Positions 49,388 through 64,000 of a stretch of DNA of 64,000 nt are shown here, in pieces (within the stretch, counting starts at the first letter, position 1; every line of letters begins with the position of its first letter). A program made the position numbers and the translations under genes. The notes beneath the pieces were generated by a model. It saw nothing but the letters and a program-made list of their open reading frames with translations, did no database searches and was not told the origin of the DNA. Location: contig CM082588.2 of NCBI GenBank assembly GCA_040954595.2, positions 7,153,847 through 7,217,846 of the forward strand. The letters run 5' to 3'. The stretch is from Balanoglossus misakiensis. Taxonomy: Eukaryota; Animalia; Hemichordata.

Positions 49388-50280
49388 TAAGGGAGCCTTC
49401 AGTAATTACAGGGGGTGGGCCGGTTGAATCAGGGGTGGGTCACTTTTTACAACCCTGTCTTTGGGGGGGGGGGGGAGGGTCACATTTAATAGTTCAGGTG
49501 TGCTCTGAATCCCCCCGCCCACCCACTGTAATTTATGAACCCCCCCCCCCTAAGTCATAACAAGGATAGACTCTTTTGGAGTTTGCGATTCATGGACTGT
49601 GCAATAGATAACCGTACCGTAAAAACAGCAAATCGGCTATTCTCGTGACGTCTCCCGTTTTCACATTTCCATTCTGCGCATGCGTCATTCAAATCCAACG
49701 GCCAACAGACGAACCCAAATAACATTTGGGGAGCCGTCATTATTTACGGCCGGGGGGAATACTCAGAATTTTAGAGTTTCTAGTGAAATTCCTCCGACCC
49801 CCAGGCCGTAAAGAATGACGGCTCCCTCGCCGTGGATAAATGAAATATGGTAAGAAATAAACATAGACATGAGCAGGTTTGGGTCTAAGCGAAAACCTTC
49901 AACCATCTAGCAGCAGCAGCATATTATAGATTTTCAAACAAGAAGGTCAACACACTCCATGAAGAAGTATGATGTAGCATAATTCATGCATCATTCAATC
50001 ATATCAGCCATCTCAAAATTTTGGGTTATTTTGCTTCTAACATGCTGCTCTATCTTGACAACAGTCGCGAGTTTTTACACGGCAAACTGCTCCTATGACT
50101 AAGAAAATGGGGAAAGCTTGAAACCAAATCGCAGCAATAAACACTCACCTCGAAGTTCGGCAGATGTTTTTCATCTAGCTGTGGAAACACAGCTGTTCCG
50201 CCCGGGGTGTATGCTAATTCATGAATTAGCATATCCCCCCCCCCCCCTCCCCCGACGGAACAGCTGCGTTACCACAGCTA
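49388..50280. mobile_element. Cluster of three small TIR elements (49388-49553, 49729-49826, 50176-50280)
   Basis: taa|gggagccttcagtaattacag...ctgtaatttatgaacccc..|taa; gggagccgtcatt.tttacggcc...ggccgtaaagaatgacggctccc; tagctgtgg.aac.cagctgttccg...cggaacagctgcgttaccacagcta. Confidence 0.65.
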
Positions 50281-50789
50281 TTTTTCATCCATACCATCCA
50301 TACCTGCTATCCTCTTTGCGCATTAATATCGACCATATCTGCGTTTTTGGGGACGATTTCTGAGGGACCTACTCTCAATCGACATTCGGTATACCTTCTC
50401 GACCAATCCTTTAAATAAGGTAGCGGCGTTGTGATTGGCTATACGTTTTTGCATCATATATAGAAGTCGATCCAGGGGTCTTAAAAAATCCCAGACGCAC
50501 TTTGTATGATTGTTACGTCAGCTTGCATTCACGCAAATATCAGCCGGATATCTCAAAGCATTGGCACAAAACATTGACAAAAACTGTTTTGGGGAGGTTG
50601 TTTAAATGTCCTGTCACGTGATGGTTGTGCAAAAATTATCACACAGATGCCACTAAAATGTCCCCTATAACTAAGCTTTCCGAAAATATATACTTTGGGG
50701 GAATTCTGAGTTCAAAAATTACCAGAGAAATGTTTATTTCAAAGAGTGAATTTCTTATTCTGCATCCTTAAAACAATTTAATACAAAGA

Positions 50790-51481
50790 CACATTCTTAT
50801 ACTGTAAGCAAAATGCTGTAAAATATTTCACTAGTTTTTTTAAATTCACCGTTTTCACCGATTGATAAATCCGTTACAATAAATCCCAATGATTGTAAAA
50901 TTACAATAAAACTCATTGTTATATAGCCAAATCCACCAATCTAATACCTAGTCAATGTGCCATAACACTAAAAGTGTGAAATTACATCTCGAGCTTTGTG
51001 TGCACATATTGCTTGCAAAACTGAGAGTTTGAGGGTACATCCAATAGATAAGACATAAGAATACTGTCAATCAAATTATGTGTAGACTAACATTTCAGAA
51101 TTTATCAAATACATCTGAATGGGATTATAAAAATACTGTTTACAAACAGTGACCTTTAGTTTTGAGTTATTTCGCCATAAAGAAATATATTTTCTGGTAG
51201 TAATTTTATGACAGACGTTTTACGCGTATAATCTATAGTTGCATATTGTGACCAATAAAAAATGTTTTAAACATATTCTTACTGTAAGAAAAATGTATGC
51301 TGTAAAAAAATTAATGTTTCACTCTGTTTTAATTTCACTTTTTTCAATGATTGATAAATCCGTTAGAATGAATCCAAGTGAAAATGTAAAATTGCAATAA
51401 AACTCATTGTTATATAGCCAAATCCGTGAATACAATACCTAATGAATGTGCCCAATCACTGAAAGAAAGAAATTACATCTC
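50790..51481. repeat. Diverged direct duplication (~200 bp; 50790-50990 and 51270-51481)
   Basis: Shared gattgataaatccgtta, caataaaactcattgttatatagccaaatcc, gaaattacatctc. Confidence 0.8.
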
Positions 51482-52756
51482 AGTGAAAATAAATGCCACA
51501 TGAGAAGTGTAGTATATTCGTGATAAAAATATCCTGAAAACGGTTTTCAAATACATGAAATCACATTAAAAAATGTATATTCTGAATAATAACACAGTCT
51601 AAAAAGGTATGCTGATTATATTTTGTTGAACACAAATCCTTTTGAAGTAAGGTACTAGCTATAAAATCCTATATATCGCACTGAGAGTTTCTCACACATT
51701 CCTGAAAACAACACACGAGTAGAATCTTCAAAAGTATGGTAACAAAAATTTTTTTTTAGAGTGATTAACTCTGCCTTAAACAATAAATATACTTCTCTTC
51801 ATCTATGGTTCATGTGTATATACTTCACTGTTGCTAAGTGTGCTGATGTTGCTATGCACACACGGAAGTTGCCTTTGGCGTTCATGGACGCCATATTGGG
51901 CCACAGTAAATATAGACACTTCACCGAACTGCATTTATTTCAAATTGTTAATTATGGTGGAATATTCTAAAATATTCGCCTTGGATATCTGAACAACAAG
52001 AGCTCTTCACAACAAAACCGTAGACGAGAACTTATTGAAACTATTAAACGTAAAAAGATGACGCAAAGTCGCCAAATGAATAAAAAAATCAAAATTTCCA
52101 TGAGTAATTTACATCTTACGGGAACAATGCACTGGCTAGGGCATTTCTAAAGATTGACATTTCACACTAATTCATATAGGCATTCTAAAATACTCTTTGT
52201 GATTTCTTGTTGATGATGACAGATAGTTATCAAAATGTGCACAAATATGAGGAAAAAGTATAACTATTACTTTACATTGTACTTTTTCAAACGATTAGTG
52301 GATACAGGGACCACCCTTACATATAAAAGCACATTGTTTGGACAAGCTCAGGGACTTCCCCCCATCCCTTTTAAGTATATGACTTCCACAAATTATTGTC
52401 AAAATTGAAACAGTGCCCCGATCTCTGTGTGCAAATACTGCTTACACAACTGAGAGTTTGAGGATGCATCCAAAACAACATGCTGATTACGTTTTGTAGA
52501 ATAGAAGTAAGTTTGATGTAAGGTACTCGCTGTAAGATCGCACAGAAGTAGTTGTATGCAGTAATTTTGTTCATTGTTTTGACATGGAACTCATTCTGAG
52601 TTCAAGTTGCCCGGCCCCATACACCAAACATTTACAGATCCTTCATAGGATTCAATATCTCAGATTGCCTAACGGTACCTACTTCTTTATGTCTTGTTCA
52701 AGTGCATTGACATTGCAGTCACTGAGTGTCTGTTGTTGCAACATAGTCTTTGGTGT

Positions 52757-55700
52757 TCATACACAACACTCTTTCTTGAACGTGTCATGTGTCTTGCGAA
52801 TGACATCGGAGTCACGGAGCATTTCCTTCATGCGTTGTGCCCTCTCGAAAGCATAGTCGTACCCGTCAAATACTTCTGCGAGGCGTCTATACCAAAGATC
52901 GATATCTCTTTCTTTCTCTACGTCAGTGACGCCCACATCGACAGTCACTGCCTTGACCGTGTCACTCGGGAAGATCTTGTTCAGAAACTTCGCCAGGCCT
53001 GAGTTTCTGTTGACGAGGACTGGTATGCCCGCTGCAATGGCTTCCAAACCAACCATACCATGCGGCTCGATCGGTGATGGCAGGAGACATATGTGACTCT
53101 GCTGTATATCAACTTTAAGTTGATTCTTTGCTCCAGGTGGATACAAGGCATATTGTAGGTATCCTGTAGTTATATGCTGACGGATGTATGCACTTGCAGG
53201 TTTTATTTGCTCTTCTTGGATACTAGTGATTCGCCAGACAGGGGGAACAAAATTATCGCTCCCACTTTTGCTTTTGGCTATATATTCACTCATGCCACGA
53301 GCAGCGAGGTCATACCCCACTAATCCTGAGACGGCATCAACTCTTCCATAGGTGAGGATCTGTGCTTTGCAATCCTTCGACGGTTTTCTCATTTGAATGT
53401 CGAAGAAACTTCCATCTGGTAATGGTAGGAACAGCTCATGTCTGATCGATGACACCATTCTCTGACTATTTTCAAAGTGATCATACGCATGTGGTCCAAC
53501 GGAGAAAACTACATCAGCACGGCTGGCTTCTTCAATTAGTTTTGTCTCCTTTTGCTGGATTCGGGTTGGCGTGAATTCATCACTTTGAACCTCGGTGTCT
53601 TCTGGGAGAACGTGGTTGAAGAGGATGACCTTCTTTTCTGGGAAGTACTCTTTCTGTATATTCAGTGCGGCACTTGATGTGGATGACAGATGGCCTATCA
53701 CAACCGTGACATCTTGGATCTCCCTCAAAGATGGATAGTGGCTTGAATAATAAGTAGTCAGCCAGTCAATGGATGGCGTGGTTTCAGACGTAGAATCACG
53801 ATTTCTAACAGCTGTTGGCAGCATAAGGTTAACCATCTTTGACACTGCATCGTCTTCATCTTCTTTACTTGCCCGAAGAGCCATCGCACGTACTTGTCGA
53901 CCAGTTTTAGCAGCAAGACCAGAAATTAGTCGATGGACAGTTGATATGCCATCAGCTGTCTTAGAGTCCCACCGATCTCCAACCACAAGAACAGTACCTT
54001 CACTGTGGACAAATATAAAATGGAATCTTTACTACATATGGAAGTCACTGGGCCAGAACACATCACGCATCCGACAGAACAAACTTCCTACAAAAATCAT
54101 GCAAGAACACAACAAACCACGACCAAAAGAGTTACCTCTGGTCATATGCACCTGTCTAAGGTTCGACCCAGAGGTTACAATTTTGGACGTGACTCGTTGA
54201 CACAGTGTACAGTGTGTGCACGAGAAAACAGACCTCTCAAACGCGGTTACAAATATTCTTCACAAACATACATAAACAAAACCAAGCAGCTTTAGCTGAG
54301 CTGCCACAATTACTATCCACCTATCAACACAGGGTGAATACAGTTTTACTACACAGAACTCACGGGGCATAGCAGTCTCGTGAAAATATGGAAAAAACAT
54401 CAGAAGTCATGACAATTACTCTTTTTAGAAATAAATTATATCACATATACTCTAATAGAAGGGTTATTATACCTATAGGCATGTTCACAGAATAGAAAAG
54501 AATAATAAAATATTTGAAAGAAATAGATGTACCTTCTATTGGTTTCAGAATGTGTAGGTGTAGAGGTTTGTCTGGTGAGTTTGTTTATATTTTCCTTTGC
54601 GACTTCTTCTTCTTGATCTAAAATGCAGAAATCCAAGTGAAAATAAAGTTGTGTGCCTTGTCATGGTTTTTAGTAAACATTAAATTATTTGACCACTGGA
54701 CTTAATGTCGTTGTATAATATTAAATCTTTTTGAAAGTGGTAATCGTGGCTTTTCTGGTAATTGTGATGGTAATCATTTGACAGGAGTTTAATTCAGGGA
54801 GAATTTGTTGAATGTACATCCTATACAAGGATTTTCGAAGTTTTAGCAGAGCCTTGATGCATTGTCATTCCAAACTTATAAATCACTCACCGGTGCTGTA
54901 CCATATGTCCAGATCTGCAGGACACCATTCCTGTGTGGCACTCCTTGGACAAGTAGCTTTTGGTGGACTTTCCACTTCGCTGATTGCAGCGCATCGGTCA
55001 TCGGTGTCTTCAGAACCTGGAAGTAATTCTCCCGGCTTATGTTGTGGACACAGACACTTGACGCAGACGTCGTATTCTAACCTTGGTGTGTACGTACGGA
55101 TAAGCTTCTTTAACTCCTCTTCAACTGTTATTCTCACACTTCTGAGATGCCGTGGTTGTAGTTCTGGTGTGCATTTGGGGTCGATGAAAACGACTGCCTT
55201 CAGCTCGATATCAGACCCTATTTTACACAGAATGACATGGAACTTCTCTCTCTCGATGAATATACGAGCTCTGTGCTTGCGTAAAACCATTTTCTGGTTT
55301 GGCCACTTCTTCAGGCACCGGACAACAAGTCGGTAGAAAAGCCCGTCAGGTAGGAAGTTACCCCTGAAGTGGAAGTAAATTGGACAGCAGGATTTTGTGT
55401 CTGCTGGGCAGATGGCTCCATTCTTCCCTTCTGCATCTTCCTTGAGAAGGCTTGGTAGGTAGTATACGGGCCTGCTTCCATGCGAGTCGGGTATTTTGCA
55501 TATGACATCATACTCTTCCAGTGTTTTCAGTAGAACCACCTTGTCTTCTGAGCGGTCATGACGTTTCAGGAGATAATCCACCAGTTCATCCTGTAATCTG
55601 CCTTCATGATCTAACTCATCAATCAGATTGCATATTCGTGGGGGGACATCCAACTCTTCTCTGTAAGTAATTGACTGGGTTATCAATATCTTGAATAGAT

Positions 55701-56893
55701 TAACCAACCACCCCACATCCAAGATGATGGTGTCTGCGAGTTCTGGTATTGACTTGAAGTGTAGTATTTCCCCAACATCGTGATAGAACCCCAAAGCTTG
55801 GTTTATATCACCTTCTTCCATTTCCAACTTCTTTCCCAGACTTTTTGCTTCATCTAGGGTTATCTTCTCTCTCGCAAGCTGCCTCATTGAAAGTTCCAAG
55901 CGTATCCATTTCGCTGGAACGCTCCCAAGAAAGAAGTAGTCCTTGGCAAACTGCTGTATCTTTGTGCGGAGTTGTTCAACGTTTGGATCAACAGTAGTGG
56001 TCTTGTCTTCTTGCCTTGATTTATTGTCAATGGCAATCATGTCTATAAGATGTTCATTGACGACCTTAGTAGCATGTTTTCTCAGGTAATCCCTGATTTC
56101 TTTAAGACGTTTCTTGGCTTCTACTTCAATGTCTTTGTCATCGTCTGAACCGTCTCCCTGAGAAGGGAATGCATGAAACAGTTACATGTACATGCATGCT
56201 ACGATTCAGAAATTGTAGTAATGGTATTTAACAACAAAGAATTTAATATCAAATCATAGCAGATGACCATATCAATGCTAATAAAACGATATCACCAACG
56301 TCATTGTATTCGTCATCATCATGCATCAGAAAATGACATATTAACAAAGAAGTTGATACATTCCGTGTATCATCCTACCTGCAGTAGTAAGTCTTTCTTC
56401 GTTCCTAGTATAATGACTGGTGGTGCAGGTGTTTTATCCACAATGTCACTTGGTCGAGCATGCGTATGGATTGAATTCATCCAAAAATGCAGGAACTCTA
56501 CAAAAGAAGTCATTGTCAACGACATAATCCTCGCTTCATTAACAGATTATGAAATATTTTATGCCATTCAAACCCAGACATATCAGACCAATTCAAGTAG
56601 CAAGCGTGTCCGCGCACATAACCACTAGGCTAAATTCCCGCCCACCTCAATGTTCAAAATATTCACAATATGTGAAAAGCACGTGAACAAGTGTACAATC
56701 TTGAAACCTTCGTTTGAAGTAATTTGCAACAAAAATGCACCATATTATTAAAAAAAGGCGTCGATGTCCCAATTAAAAGCTACGCACCCTTAACAGTCCA
56801 TCCATCTTCAATTTTGGTTGACATGATGTCGTCCAGAGATTTGGTAAGATCGGTGACAAGAATATAAATAACTCTTGAGGCAAGGAACACCTG

Positions 56894-56930
<37 letters not shown>

Positions 56931-57844
56931 CAGAGACAGACAAACAGAGACATAGTCTCAGACACAGTTTATTCATCCTACCGTTGCAAAAATGTACACA
57001 CGAATCGAGAAATGGTGTCCGCCAGCTAAGGATTAGTAAAAGATTTGAAGTATCATTGCTAAAAGGTTTCAGCCCATGGATCAAAAAGAGAGTATTGGGT
57101 GTACACAAACCTGATGAGTTATATAATAGACATTCTGTCCCGCGTAATCCCACAAACTGAAGTACATGTCGGGTTTATCAACATCGCTAACTTCTTCCAA
57201 GCGACGTCTTAACCGTTCATGAACATCATTCGTTTGTTCTTCTTTCAGTTTTAAATCATCAAGTAAGGCATCGACTTGAGGTGAATCCTCGTAGGCTGAA
57301 TTGCTTGAACTCTTCTTGATTCCAATGACAAGAACATCTGCAAGCATCTCCTTGGTTTCTTCGACAGATCTTTTGCCTTGGTATTTGGTGACATATTCTA
57401 ATGAAAAGGTAGAAAACCGTCAATCCTAATTGTTTAAACGAAATCAATGCAGTACCTGTGTGTACAGCCCAATTGGCTAATATTTTCGCCTATTTTCACT
57501 GCTTTGTTGTCTGTATTAATTGCAGGTCCTGATTTGAGTTTGAATCATAAATTGAAATTGTTATCTACGTCACTCATTTATCTATGCTACATAATTTAAG
57601 GAAGTAACAATTATAACAATCAAAATATTAAAATACCCTTAATTATCCATTCAGTAATGTCTATGTTGTAGATATCAGCTCCATCAGTACTTTTATGTTT
57701 TTCTTCGTAAGGCTCGTTGAATAGACTGCGTTTAGTAGATGTCTTCCCTGCACCAAACGCACCAACCAACATAATACGGCCTCGATATATATTTTTCATG
57801 GTATCTGACCTTTGTAATGCCTTGTGCAAGCTGCTGCTGAATTT
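52757..57844 (-). CDS. Roco protein, 3' part: ROC GTPase - COR - C-terminal GT4/GT-B glycosyltransferase domain (5' end beyond window)
   Basis: Exons 57844-57637, 57397-57111, 56890-56788, 56497-56379, 56157-54891, 54617-54533, 54002-52757 join in frame. ROC motifs GAFGAGKTS, ST, LWDYAGQ..YYITHQVFL, LGTKKD, AIDN. COR motifs IILDVGWLVNLFK, FLPDGLFYRLVVRC. GT4 signature LLPS..EPHGMVGLEAIAAGIPVLV..NSG. Confidence 0.88.
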
Positions 57845-57901
57845 CTAACATCAAAGATAATAAACAGTAAGAGAACAAGATTCTACTACCGTGTAATTAC
57901 T

Positions 57902-57928
57902 ACATCATCATCATCATCTTCATCACTA

Positions 57929-57960
<32 letters not shown>

Positions 57961-57961
57961 A

Positions 57962-58000
<39 letters not shown>
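57902..58000. repeat. (CAT)n microsatellite
   Basis: Directly visible. Confidence 0.95.
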
Positions 58001-58024
58001 AAATCAGAAGAAAACATCATAGTT

Positions 58025-63467
<5,443 letters not shown>

Positions 63468-64000
63468 GTTCAGTTCAGTTCATAAGGGACAAATATCTAA
63501 GATAATAAGGTCCCTCAAATCCTATCAGTTGCTTGAAAATAAATGTCAATATTGTTCTTGAAATTGTTTGTATCCTTTGACATAATCACAAAGTCCGGTA
63601 AAGCGTTCCACTCGTTCACAACACGAACAGGAAATGAATATTTGCGAATGTCTAGTCTGGATGGCAGCTTTTGGAGCTTGTAGTCATGACCTCTAGTTGT
63701 TGAGCACAAACTTCTCATCAAGGTAACTGAGCAGCGATCTACGTTGTTCAAAATTTTAAAAACCTCTATCATATCACCTCTTACACGGCGGGTTTCAAGG
63801 GTTGTAAGCCCTAATATATGCATTCTCTCAGGGTAACTTTTTCCACGGCACTCTGTTACTAGCTTAGTAACGCGACGCTGAACTTTTTCCAGGGCAGCAA
63901 TATCTTTTTTGAGCCATGGAGCCCAGGCTTGGGACGCATATTCCAAATGGGGTCTGACAAATTGTTTGTAAAGGCGTACTATGACGTCCTTGGTTCGAAG
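63468..64000 (-). mobile_element. 3' end of a CR1-type non-LTR retrotransposon (ORF2 C-terminus) inserted in the array
   Basis: ORF ...RPHLEYASQAWAPWLKKDIAALEKVQRRVTKLV...RRVRGDMIEVFKI...TRGH..KL...R.YSF..RVVNEWNALP; short 3' UTR ending in an (AACTG)n tail at 63466-63482 that breaks an array unit after tgaaaca. Confidence 0.88.

Noticed and set aside
57456-57528. Possible extra Roco exon (cag|GACCTG...CACAG|gtac)
   Set aside because: At 73 nt it would shift the frame; 57637>57397 joins correctly without it.

Overview
AT-rich, intron-containing animal genomic DNA. The gene content suggests a marine invertebrate deuterostome; this is inference only. From left to right: (1) a minus-strand tandem cluster of at least four GST-fold CLIC/DHAR-like genes (three complete, plus the first exon of a fourth); (2) a 14-exon FANCG-like gene (minus, 23515-40746) whose ~9.8-kb intron 5 hosts two antisense SLC16/MCT-type transporter genes; (3) LSM10, head-to-head with FANCG; (4) two paralogous genes for small, acidic, Cys-rich secreted peptides; (5) the 3' part of a Roco gene (ROC GTPase-COR) ending in a GT4/GT-B glycosyltransferase domain. 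The most striking signal is immediately upstream of the ROC exon: a 5.4-kb array of ~300-bp units. Sixteen of them carry the same splice cassette, (CT)n...TTGAC/TGC...CCAG-NNN-GTAAGT, in which the 3 nt between acceptor and donor are hypervariable. This looks like a bank of 16 single-codon microexons (P D V D D T E R R F R E F Y R R). A CR1-type LINE interrupts the array at the window end. Many MITEs, hairpins and microsatellites are also present. All gene models were assembled by eye from splice signals and reading-frame phase; no database searches were run.
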